Assembly: GCA_048213135.1 (NCBI GenBank)
Contig: PS015192.1
Location: 14,766 to 59,735 of the forward strand
Length of the DNA: 44,970 nt
Reading direction: 5' to 3'
From: Reclinomonas americana ATCC 50394
Taxonomy: Eukaryota
Shown: piece after piece, positions 1 to 10,858 of the stretch
Numbering within the stretch: the stretch's first letter is position 1
Layout of the letters: each line of letters starts with the position of its first letter
The notes under the pieces: model-generated
What the model saw: only the letters and a program-made list of their open reading frames with translations
What the model was told of the DNA's origin: nothing
Database searches by the model: none
Position numbers and translations under genes: made by a program

Positions 1-3000
1 AACGAATGTACGCTGGCCTCGTGGCCCTGCAGCTGTCGCTCCTCTTGACCGGTGATGTAGTTCCACAGCACAATGAGGCAGTCGGCACTGGCGGAAGCCA
101 GACGTGTCGAAGACGGGTTGGGGTCGTACAGAACGACCAGCACACTGTCCTCGTGGGCGCACAGTGTTTTGCCGCACGCCGCTTCACTGAGTTGCCAGAT
201 GCGCACCTTGCCGTCGTGGCAGGCTGTGGCCACCTCGGCGCCTGCAGTAGTGAACAGGGTGAGCGACGAAAGTCAGACTCTGCAGTGCGGAGTACGCACA
301 CACACACACGCACCGTCTGGCGACATGTCAATGTCGTGCACACTGTTGGGATGCAACAGGCACGGCAACTCCTGGAACTCTGCGTCGTCCATGTGCGCGT
401 TGCAGAGGGAGGCGTGGCGGAGAATGGCATTGTGGAAAATTACGCCCTCCAAGTGTGCGTCGTCCAACACCACCGAGTCCATCATGGCGTGCGACAGGTC
501 GGCGTCGCGAATTGAGACGCCGTGCAGGTCGTGCCCGGCAAACGAGAAGCGCGCAATGTTGAGAATGGTAATGGCGTTGGCCGCTGTCATTTCCAGCTCC
601 GGGTGCTCCCTCGACGCCACAACGAGCTCGTACAACTTCTCCGTAATGTGTCGATCCCACTGCGCCTGCTCTGCCAACAATCGCAGCACTGGCATGTGAT
701 CGGTGAGCACGTGCTGGTTGACGTCGTGGGTGAGCAGCTGCCGGCTGCGGACGTCCTCGAGTTCCGCCGAGGTAACATTGGCGGCCTCCGGATCAATGAC
801 AAAGTCCATGCACATGTCCAGCAGCTCTTGTGCGGCGCAGTACTCGAGCACACACTTGTGCAGGAAACAGAAGCCGTCGTCGCCTCGGTCGCGCAGCAGG
901 TACTACCAGAACAAAAAAGAATTGTGAGCATCATCGTGGCGGCTTCCGGTGCTGTAGCAGCTGACAGAGCGTACCTGGCTGAGAACAAGAGTGGCGTCGG
1001 GGTTGTGGCGGGCAGCATCCGACTGTCGCCACAGGCGCACGCAGCGACCGGGGCGGATGAAGGTGAGATCCTTGAAGAGCATAAAGGAGGCCAGGTGCTT
1101 GCAGAATGCCAGTCGCTGCTGGACTGCGCGCGGGCTAAATATCTATTGCACGCACACACAACACCACATGGTCAACAACAACAACACCAACAACAACACC
1201 AACAATGCGAAAACTTAAACTATGGCAGAACGCACCCCTGCAGTGCGCAGCTCCGTCTCAATGTGGCGTTGAACGAATTCGCGGAACACGTCGCTGAGCT
1301 GCACGCGCACAATATCGTGCGTGGTCGACAGCGCGAAGCGATCCATGACGCGTACAAGCATCGACAAGGTTAGCGGCTGGGCATACACACATACTTGAGT
1401 CAGCAGCCAGTGAGACAAGCAGAATGCACCCAGCACAGCTCACCACTTGAGTCAATGGCAACAGGCCTGGCGTGTTGTCGATACGACGACGGTACTCGTC
1501 GGCGGAGTGCCACAGCGCAAACGGTCTGCTGGACACGTAGCGCTGCAAGAACTCATCGACCTGCGACGTCGTCAGTGGCTGCAAGATGCAGTGCGCCAGC
1601 CGCGGACGAGAGGCGGAGGAAATGGAGTGAGACTGCGGCGGCGGATGTGGCAGGTGTGATGGTCGTGTCACGGGCTCCACCGGCTCGAAAGTCATCTGAT
1701 ACTGGCGCCCGAGATGCTCCCGAATGTACTCGGAGCGGCAGCTGACAACCATCTTCAGTTTCCACTTGTTGAGCTGGTTGACCGCAAACAGATTGGGCGG
1801 CTCCATGCCGGCCAAGTCGTCAAACGAGTCGGCCAGCAGCAGGAACTGATGCTTGTGTCGGAGCGTCTTGATGTCGGCGTCGCTGAAGCCGTGTCGATGC
1901 AGAATGCACGGCATCAAGTTGCCGTGCAGGTCATCGTCGTCAATGTTGGAGAGTTGCACGGCGAGCGGAATCGCCGACGAGTGGTTGGAGAGGCGATAGG
2001 AGTGCCAGGCGTCGCGCTCGGCACGCCGCAGAAGCGTGCTCTTGCCGGAGCCAGCCGCGCCCATCAGCAGCAGCACGCGGTCTTCCATGTTGCCGTCGCT
2101 GACAAACTCATTCAGCAAGTCCATGGCCTTGGCCTGGCGGTCGTCAAACGGACCGCGTGTGCCGTGCAGCGCCAAGTCCAGGTCGAGATCCAGATCGGCG
2201 GCGCTGCCAACATCGTCGGCCACCTGCCACCGGGCGTGCATGGCGGCAATCTTTTCCTCCACGGTGCGCACGATTTCCACCGGGGCCTCCGGTCGCACCA
2301 ATGGTGGCGCAGCCGCCGCCGCCGCCGCCGCAGCCGCAGCAGCGGCGGCAGTCGCAGAAGCGTCGTCGTCGTCGTCGTCAACAACGGTGTCTGCGGTCAC
2401 CGAGGGCACACCCTCGAGTGGAGTCATGGGCGGCTGCAGCGACGACGAGGATCCAGAGGAGGAGAGTGCGCCCGCCGACGACACCGACTGGAGAAGCGAC
2501 GAGGGTGCCAGCGGTGGTGGTGAATTCGGTGGTGACGACTCGGCGGCCAGCGAGCGTGGCTGGATGCGAGTTGGAGTGTCGGCGATCGACGAGGACCAGA
2601 TACCATCGTCAACGCGCGGAGGTGTACCCTGCAACACCAGCGCTCGATGCCGGCGTGGTGTAGAGTCTGGGATGGCGTACGCAATCGGTTCGTCGTCCGC
2701 GGTCCCCTCGTCTCCTGCATCCTCCCTGCTGGTGTTGTTGTTGTTGTTGCCGTAGGTGTAGTTGCCGCCACTGGTGTGCATGTCGCCGTCGGCCAGTGGC
2801 ACAATGTCGTCCTCGAAAGCAACCGAGCTGCGTCGTCGTTGTCGGCGGGAAGGAGTGACGGCGGTGGTGGCGGTGGTGGCTGTCACTGACACGCCTGCCA
2901 CAGACACGTGCACGTCATTGATGCTCGTCTCCTCGCCGCTCGCGGTGGTGGTGTCGCCACTGGCCGTCTGCTGTGAGGAGCGGCCGACGCGGCGAGCGCG

Positions 3001-3620
3001 CAATGCCTGCACACCCACTGGTGACATTGGAAGGGATTGTCGCCGATACGGGGTGCCTCGTTGTTGTTGCTGCTGCTGCTGTTGCTCCTGAGAAGCAGGC
3101 GTGGTCGCCGGCGACTCGGGATTTTCCGGGGCAGACGGCGCCGCAGTGGGTACATCTGTCGGATCCCCACTGTTCATGTGGTGCAGTAGAACTGGTGTGC
3201 CCACTCGCTCAGTGGAAATCGAGCTCCCTGACGACACTGTGCGTGCAAAAGAGGGGGAGGAGAGAGAGAGAGGCACATCAAGTGCGTGAGCCGTGTGTGA
3301 GCTTCTCGTGCACACACGCACCAAACTGACATGTCAGCGACGATTACTCAAACGTAACATGTGCGCAAGTTGCCGATCGACACGGGTGACCCTGTTCCAG
3401 CATAACTCACATATCGTCGGTGACCAGCAGCAGGCTGTTCGTACAGCTGCGGTGTGCCGTTTCCCGCAGGCACCACCTCGTGCAGGTGCTTCAAGGCGGA
3501 AGGAGCAGTGGCGACAGGGAGAGGATTCAGGGGAGGAGGAGGAGGCGCGTGCGTCGCGACCAGCGGTCGCGACACGCAGCAGCCACCACCGCGCAGACGC
3601 ATCACGTGTCGTGGCGCCAT
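1..3620 (-). CDS. NACHT (STAND NTPase)-pentapeptide repeat-WD40 protein, NLR-like; multi-exon, C-terminus runs off the window start
   Basis: Walker A GAAGSGKST and Walker B FLLLADSFDD, then VVSCRSEY. Winged-helix motif FLHKCVLEYCAA. Pentapeptide block AANAITILNIARFSFAGHDLHGVSIRDADLSHAMMDSVVLDDAHLEGVIFHNAILRHASLCNAHM. Spliced WD40 repeats (VATACHDGKVRIWQL; LASASADCLIVLWNY; LQGHEASV). First exon from ATG 3620 can be spliced in frame to the acceptor at 3237/3236; a later alternative start is ATG 3177. Confidence 0.88.
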
Positions 3621-4122
3621 TTGTTGTTGTGCACACAACAGGGGTGTAGGTGAGCACCGAAAAGGGGAGATGAATGCGACGCGAACTTGCACAACACTCT
3701 TCTCTTCTCTCGCCCAAACAAAAATCGATTTTGCACTCGACCGTTACGGAAGGCAGCAGACCTGAATCGTGCATCGGATTCGTGGTGCTCACTGCCAGCG
3801 GCTCATCCTCCTCTTCGCCGTTCAGCGACAGTGAACTGCACTCTTCGATGCTCGTAAGAACAGCGGCTTCTGATTGTGAATCGCGCGCGAAATCACTGTA
3901 TGGTGCCCAATTGCAAGGTTTGCCCAAAGGTTTACCGCACTCACCCTCCCTCCTCTGTCGTATTGTCATCACCCCATGCGGCTGACGAAGTAGCAAGCAT
4001 TTCGAGCTTTCAATTCATCGCAAATGGCAGACTCCCCAAAAAAACAACACTACAAAACACACATAATAATCATCATCTTCACATCAAAAGGAAAAAAAGA
4101 AGGCGCAAAGCACCCAGCCTCG

Positions 4123-7118
4123 TCAGAACACCATCTCCATCGAGGGGGGTGCGGCTGTCGAGGATGAAGTTGCCGAGGTGGACGTCGTGGTGCCACCGGC
4201 AACGTGCGCGAGCGGCACAGACAGTTTNNNNNNNNNNNNNNNNNNNNNNNNNNNNNNNNNNNNNNNNNNNNNNNNNNNNNNNNNNNNNNNNNNNNNNNNN
4301 NNNNNNNNNNNNNNNNNNNNNNNNNNNNNNNNNNNNNNNNNNNNNNNNNNNNNNNNNNNNNNNNNNNNNNNNNNNNNNNNNNNNNNNNNNNNNNNNNNNN
4401 NNNNNNNNNNNNNNNNNNNNNNNNNNNNNNNNNNNNNNNNNNNNNNNNNNNNNNNNNNNNNNNNNNNNNNNNNNNNNNNNNNNNNNNNNNNNNNNNNNNN
4501 NNNNNNNNNNNNNNNNNNNNNNNNNNNNNNNNNNNNNNNNNNNNNNNNNNNNNNNNNNNNNNNNNNNNNNNNNNNNNNNNNNNNNNNNNNNNNNNNNNNN
4601 NNNNNNNNNNNNNNNNNNNNNNNNNNNNNNNNNNNNNNNNNNNNNNNNNNNNNNNNNNNNNNNNNNNNNNNNNNNNNNNGAACTCCATGAATTCGGCCGA
4701 TGGCGGGCCGAGAAGGCTCCCCGGATCCACACTCAAGTGGCGATCCGGTGCCAGACTACGCAGCGTCTTGTTCACCACCGACGCCGGCAGTAATACCGAG
4801 AGCGCAACGTGTTGTGGAGACGAGTCGACGCTGCTGCCCCACGATAGCGCCGACTTGGCAGCGGCCGCGTCCGCCGGCACCATGGGGTAGCCCATGGGGC
4901 AAAACAAGTACACCGCGCTGGCGGACTCCGTCCCCGACGTCGGCAGCGATGACAGCGAGGCCGACACTGGTGGGGGTGGAATGCACGACGCCGAAGTGGC
5001 GGCCGACATGCCACGCGTGGCAGAAGCCGGTGGCGCAGTGCTCAGGACCGAGGCAAAGGCCAGCGCCATGTCGTGCGGAATGTTGAAGCGCTGCTCCAGC
5101 ATGGTGGCCGCACGCGACCACACAGTGGGCTTGAAGAGCGGCAACTGGATCAGCTGGTTGAACAACTGCTCCAGCACCAGCAACACCTGGCGCTCCTCGT
5201 GCTCCTCGCCGCTCTCCTCATCGGCGCTCTCCACCATGTCGAGGGACGAGCCGCGCAGGTAGGCATTGAAGCGCTGCATCGTCACCTCGTCAGTCGCCGG
5301 CGACGACTGGAAGGGCGTCAGCGCCGGGGCCAGCTCCAGCGTCAGAGCCGGCACGTTGATGTAGGGCTCATCCAGGTAGCCGTGCGAGTGCGACGACGGG
5401 ATGGCGGCCACGGCAGTCTCCGTCTCCTCCACGGCGGCGGCGGGGGTGTTGGGGACCGAGAACAGGAAGCGACGACCGACGACCACTGGCTGCTGATTCA
5501 GCGGCAGCAACTGATCACCGGCGGACGTGACAGACGAGTCGGTGTAGATGTGCTGCTGATCAAAACGAATGGTGGGCGAGTCGACGGGCAGACCCGGACC
5601 GCGAGAGTTGATGTAGTTGGAGGTGAACGAGGGCGACGCCGGCGACACAGCCGCCGGGCCATGCTGCATCTGCACCACGAGGGCGCAGGCCAGCAGCAGG
5701 ACGAGCATCACACCCGCCGTGCGCACCGGCGCCGTGTTGGTACTGAGCACAGGCTTGCGCTCGAGCGACGCCGAAGCGAGGCGGGCCTCCAGTTCGGCAT
5801 TCTGCGCCGTCAGGTACTCCACCTGCGACAGAAGCTGCTGGTTCTGCTCCTCCAGATCCTCCACGCGACCCTCCAGCTCGCCAATGTAGTTGTTCTTCTT
5901 CTCGCGAGACTCGTGTGCCGACAGACGGTTCTTCATCATCCTGCGCAACACAGCGGGANNNNNNNNNNNNNNNNNNNNNNNNNNNNNNNNNNNNNNNNNN
6001 NNNNNNNNNNNNNNNNNNNNGTGAGCACACACGCACACACACAAATAGAGGGAGTGATACAACGCCATCAACAAACCGTCGCTCCTTCTTGTACTCCTTC
6101 TCATCGTCTTCCGTGGCGAACACGGCGGGCGGCGGGCGGGCCAAGAAATCACGCGCCTCGTCCAGCTTCTCTGTCTCGGAGATACCGCGCTTCCTGTTTG
6201 CGTGTGACAAGTGTCATTAGCATCAACTCCGAACAAACAAAAAACAAACAAACAAACTCACCGCTTCAGCGGCGGCTGCTCGACCTTGACACGCGCCGCG
6301 GCAGCCATGGCAGCCGGTGACGCGCGAGCACGAGCCTTGAACATGACCGGCTGCACAAAAAAAAAGAAAAAACGGTTCCGATGAGCGGGAAAAAATCCTC
6401 GCAATGCTCGCGACTGAAATGGGTGAAAACGCACCTTCTGATCCTCGCAGCTCATGTACTGCTGCTGCTGTTGCTGCTGTTGCTGCTGGTGATGGTAGTA
6501 GGCGGCAGCAGCGGCGGGGTTGGCGTGGAGCGACCAGTCAATCGCGCCAAACGAGACCGATTCCGGCGGCATGTAAACTGCCTGCTGGTGCTGGTGCTGC
6601 TGCTGGTGCTGCGGCACAGGCAGCGGCGGCGGCGGCACCTGCTGCTGCTGGAAGTGCACCGGCACCTGCGCACCACCAAAGTGGTTCTGCTGCTGCTGAT
6701 GGTGCAGCTGCGGCGACGACACGGGCGACGACGACGAATCGGCGTCTGACACGGCGGCGCTGTCGGGCGACGACGACGGCAGCACGTGGTGGTGGTGGTG
6801 GTGGTGATGCTGTTGGTGGAAGCGGTGGTCACACGGAGCCGACTGCTGGTGTTGCCCCGCAAATCCCACGACCGCGGGATACCCAGAGGAACCGGCCGCA
6901 GCGGCCGCGGCAGCCGCAGCAGCAGCAGCACCAGCGCCTGCGCTCATGGGCTGTGCGTAGCTCTCAAAGTACGCATCACTGTCGTCGTGTTGGTGGTGGT
7001 GGTTGTGATGATGATGATGGTGTGGGGAGCAGGGAGCAGAGGGCGGATCAAAGGCGTCCAGGTCGACCTCGCCAAAGGCCGTCGAGAAGACCTCGTGCGA
7101 GGAGAAGAGAGCGTCCAT
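4123..7118 (-). CDS. Membrane-tethered bZIP transcription factor, ATF6/bZIP17-28-like (spans two N-gaps)
   Basis: Spliced basic region and zipper EKEYKKERRMMKNRLSAHESREKKNNYIGELEGRVEDLEEQNQQLLSQVEYLTAQNAELEARL. TM segment AGVMLVLLLACALVV. RxxL site RRFL at 5474-5463. Lumenal ALSVLLPA motif. His/Gln-rich N-terminus. The stop at 4123 is inferred across the gap. Confidence 0.85.
4228..4679. other. Assembly gap (N-run). Other gaps: 5959-6020, 7749-7768, 8666-8847, 9769-9966, 10704-10723, 26020-26039, 37903-37975, 38644-38821
   Basis: Runs of n in the sequence. Three are exactly 20 nt, which looks like a placeholder minimum size. Confidence 0.99.
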
Positions 7119-7328
7119 TGTGGTGAAAGAGGGCACGCTCGGAAAACGGTTGTGCGTTGGTGTGTATTGTGTGTGGCGGGCGAGGTGTGCGCGCGGCGAG
7201 GCGAAAAGTAAAATTGACCCCTGCCACGCGGCAGACTAAAAATAATTTCGCCGCGCGACTCACACGAATTGTTCGGATTTCGGTCGTTATCTCGTTGCAT
7301 CTCTCTCACACACACACTGCTTGTCATG

Positions 7329-7341
7329 TTATAAATTTAAA
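7329..7341 (-). promoter_or_regulatory. TATA-like AT-rich element upstream of the bZIP gene
   Basis: TTTAAATTTATAA on the minus strand, about 210 nt upstream of ATG 7118, in an otherwise GC-rich context. Confidence 0.3.
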
Positions 7342-7928
7342 GTAGAGGAGGAGAAGGGAGAAAGGAGTAGCAGATCAGGTGTTGTCTGCTGCCTGTTGTT
7401 GTCCGCGATTCGGCGAAGCAGCTGATGCATTTTGCCCGCGATCGGCCCGCGGGTTTTCCGGGATAGGAATTGCGGCAGAATGCCCGCGCCGCTCCATTCT
7501 TGTCGTCGCCTGCTTCCTCTGTCCCAGGATGACGGGGATTCTGCGGGTGGAAGGGCGTCTGGGAGAATGCCCCTTTCAGTTGCTCCCAGTGAGGGCGGCG
7601 GCCGATCATGAGCGATACGGACGGTGCACCGCGTGGCGAATCGTGGCACCCAGCGAGAAAACAAAACAGACGCGGAGAAACGGCGGGGGGAACGCTGCGC
7701 AGCGGTCGAGGAATCCATTTTACCTTCATCTCACAGCTCGCCGCCATCNNNNNNNNNNNNNNNNNNNNGCATAGCTCGCTCATCGATTGCCTTGTGCATG
7801 CAGAGGCTCGACGGCGCACGTGGTCTGTGCTTTGTCGTGGCAGGATACATGCCGTGTGTTGTTACTCACTGTGTGCTCGTATCAGCTGCCGCCCGACTTT
7901 CTCAGTGTGGCACCACCACCACCACCAC

Positions 7929-8651
7929 ATGGCGGCCGGAGGTGGCGTGCTGAGACCACCATCGGCTCGACACCACGCGCAGCCGGCTGCGCCGTCCTAT
8001 GTGGTGTACGAAACGTACCCGCAGCAGAGTTTCATGGATCGCCTCTTGTTTGGACAGCAGCCGCAGCGGGTGGTGTATGCGTACCCCAATGGCGCATATG
8101 TACCCGCCACCGCCAATCTTCCGCTCGCCGTCCCTCCAGCGTTGCGTGCATGATTTTCGCCCTCCGTGTCTGTGACCCCGTCTCATTTTCCGCTGTGCAG
8201 AAATGTGCTGTACTACGAGCAGGCTCCCAGCGGGCAGTACGTGCCGGTGGTGCCGGCAGTCCGTCCAGCCTTCCTCGTGCCCGTGCCACAACCGGCCCCC
8301 CAGCCGGTGCCACCACAGCCACCAGCTGCTGCTGCTGCTGCTGTGGCCGGCGAGCGTCAGTACGGTGTGGCCGACGGAGGGCGACCGAGAGCAGACGGGT
8401 ACCAGGAACTGCATGAAATGCCTGCGGTCGCCGCCGCCGCCGCCGCCGCCCAGCCGGTGGCCGTGGCCGCACGGCCAGCCATGCCAATGGCATCGCCGGG
8501 TGCGGCTGCTCGTGCGGCTGCCGCCACGGTTGTTGCTTCGGCGGCGGCGCCGGCTGCTGCGCCGCGTGTCGCCACCACCATTGAGTTGCACGATCCGGAT
8601 GGTATGCACTCGGAAACGGCGCCACTTGCACACAATCCGAGTCGGCTATGA
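7929..8651 (+). CDS. Pro/Ala/Tyr-rich hypothetical protein (5' end uncertain; upstream exons possible)
   Basis: MAAGGG...YVVYETYPQQSFMDRLLFG... then intron 8141-8200 (gttgcgt..gtgcag) joins in frame to NVLYYEQAPSGQYVPVVP...HNPSRL-TGA. Confidence 0.5.
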
Positions 8652-9047
8652 TGGGGAGGCACAATNNNNNNNNNNNNNNNNNNNNNNNNNNNNNNNNNNN
8701 NNNNNNNNNNNNNNNNNNNNNNNNNNNNNNNNNNNNNNNNNNNNNNNNNNNNNNNNNNNNNNNNNNNNNNNNNNNNNNNNNNNNNNNNNNNNNNNNNNNN
8801 NNNNNNNNNNNNNNNNNNNNNNNNNNNNNNNNNNNNNNNNNNNNNNNCACCCTCCAATCACACGAGATGCTCTCTGTCAACCGTCTCTCTTTCTTTCTTT
8901 CTTGCGCTGAGCTTCGTTGCCCTTCTTCACCACCTCGCTGTCAACGAAAGCGCAGACGACAGACGCGCGCAGTTGTCTCTCACAAAGGGCGTAGCGAGAA
9001 TCTCGAGCTTCATCGATCGGCGCTCCACCTGTGTGTGCTCACAAACA

Positions 9048-9768
9048 ATGGCCGCAGCGACGGAGGAAGAGGCTGTGCCGCCGCCTTCCGGTGTGCTGGA
9101 CGATGATGTTGCGTGTTGTGTGCGTCTCTCTCTCTCCCTGCGTGTGCGTCTCTCTGACACACACACACACGCAGGTGTTGTCGCGCACCATTCGCTTCTC
9201 GCGTGTGAGCATTGACGTGGCCGACGATGTGTTTGTGGTGTATGTGGAGTCGGCAGTGGATGCTGCGTGCGAGGGAGGTGGCTTTGTCGTGGACTCGTAC
9301 AGGTGCGCTCTGTCTGTGAGAGCAATCACTCGCTCATCGCGACTCATTGTCGTGTTGGCTGCCAAGCTTTGTGGACATTCAGAACTTCAAGACCTTTGTG
9401 CTGGAGATGTCGACGCGGCAGGCGGTGGAGGAGCTGCTGAAGCTGGACGACACTGAGTTTGCAGAGTCGCCGCACATTATCGCGCGACGATCCGAGGTCT
9501 TGTCTGCTGCACATTGTCGTGTTCGGATGATGATGATGATGATGATGATGTTGTTGTTGTTGCTTGGTAGATGTCGGTGACCAGTGGGCGTGCACACATT
9601 GAGAGGCAGTTGGAGAGCATGAATCGCGCGCAGGCGAGACCAGCGGTGTCGCCGTATCCGGTGCAGGCGCCGATGGGTGGCGACGGTAGTGGTCTGTATG
9701 TGCCTCCTCCGCAACAGCAGCAGCAGCACCATCCACCGTTGCGTCTTCCCTCCAGGCGTGCTTCTCTT
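9048..9768 (+). CDS. Hypothetical protein with a degenerate RRM-like domain; 3' end in gap
   Basis: Four exons splice in frame to give VLSRTIRFSRVSIDVADDVFVVYVESAVDAACEGGGFVVDSYSFVDIQNFKTFVLEMSTRQAVEELLKLDDTEFAESPHIIARRSE. Pattern and spacing resemble U2AF large-subunit RRM1. Confidence 0.45.
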
Positions 9769-9990
9769 NNNNNNNNNNNNNNNNNNNNNNNNNNNNNNNN
9801 NNNNNNNNNNNNNNNNNNNNNNNNNNNNNNNNNNNNNNNNNNNNNNNNNNNNNNNNNNNNNNNNNNNNNNNNNNNNNNNNNNNNNNNNNNNNNNNNNNNN
9901 NNNNNNNNNNNNNNNNNNNNNNNNNNNNNNNNNNNNNNNNNNNNNNNNNNNNNNNNNNNNNNNNNNTTTTTTGTGTGTGTGTGTGTGACA

Positions 9991-10703
9991 ATGAACCGCG
10001 ACTCGGTGCCGCTCTTGTTTCCGTCGTCGTCGGGACCGGCGATGCCTCTGCGCATACCTCTGCGGTTTCGACGGGTTCGCATGAGGCGATCTCGATTTCG
10101 CGCTCTTTGTACGTCTCGCCTTGACAATCGCACCTCACAGCCCGAGTGTCCTCGCACGCTGACGGCGTTTATGGATGTGGGATACATGGTGGCGGGACTG
10201 TTCTTGCTCATGTCGGCCATGGGGTGTGTCTCGGTCGCTCTGTGTCGCTCTTGAAAAAATAGCTCACTCTTTTGCGTGATGCACAGCCACGCATTACCGC
10301 TGATTGTGGCGGTGCCGCTGGGGCTCTTCTTCATGGCGTTTGGATGTCTGCGGTGCTTCTTGGACACGAAGATGGCGCGGGATGTGGCGGAGCAGGATCG
10401 AGTGCTGCTCGATTACCAGCACCATCACAAGGACGACCATCACCATCACCACCAGGAGGTGTCTGGACGCCATCAGCGCTCGGGCAGTGGGAGCACCACT
10501 GTGCATCACCAGGTGCACTTCACCTCGGCGTCTGCGCCGACGTCGCCGACGTCGTCGAGCACGCTGGTGACGACGACAGTGATCGCTCCGACGACGGTGG
10601 CGGTGCCGGCCTCGGGTGCACCCGACCTGGCCTATGGGTTCCACGCGACCAGCCCCAAGCCGCAGCCGATCGGTCCTGTCATGCCCACACTAGGCGGCGG
10701 TGG
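9991..10703 (+). CDS. Small two-TM membrane protein with His/Ser/Thr-rich tail; 3' end in or near gap
   Basis: Spliced hydrophobic segments FMDVGYMVAGLFLLMSAMG and ALPLIVAVPLGLFFMAFGCL, separated by GT-AG introns. Confidence 0.55.
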
Positions 10704-10858
10704 NNNNNNNNNNNNNNNNNNNNACTGTCAACAGCAACGCCACACGGCTATCGCGACGATCCATGAGTGCATGAGCCATGCTTGGTTGTTCGAATGAAAT
10801 CCGTCGAGTTGTCTCCACCGATTGCTTTCCATACGCGTGCACCGCGCTGTCGGTGGTC

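Noticed and set aside
2731-2780. GGNYTYGNNNNN in the NLR N-terminus as an amyloid/RHIM-like signalling motif
   Set aside because: The Asn run is an AAC microsatellite and the RHIM core (I/V)Q(I/V)G is absent. Too weak to support.
3326-3337. Perfect 12-bp palindrome CTGACATGTCAG
   Set aside because: It coincides with a plausible branch point plus 3' splice site. One such palindrome in 45 kb is not surprising.
7211-7232. CCACG near the bZIP 5' region as an ERSE autoregulatory element
   Set aside because: It lacks the CCAAT-N9 or ATTGG-N partner required for ERSE or ERSE-II.
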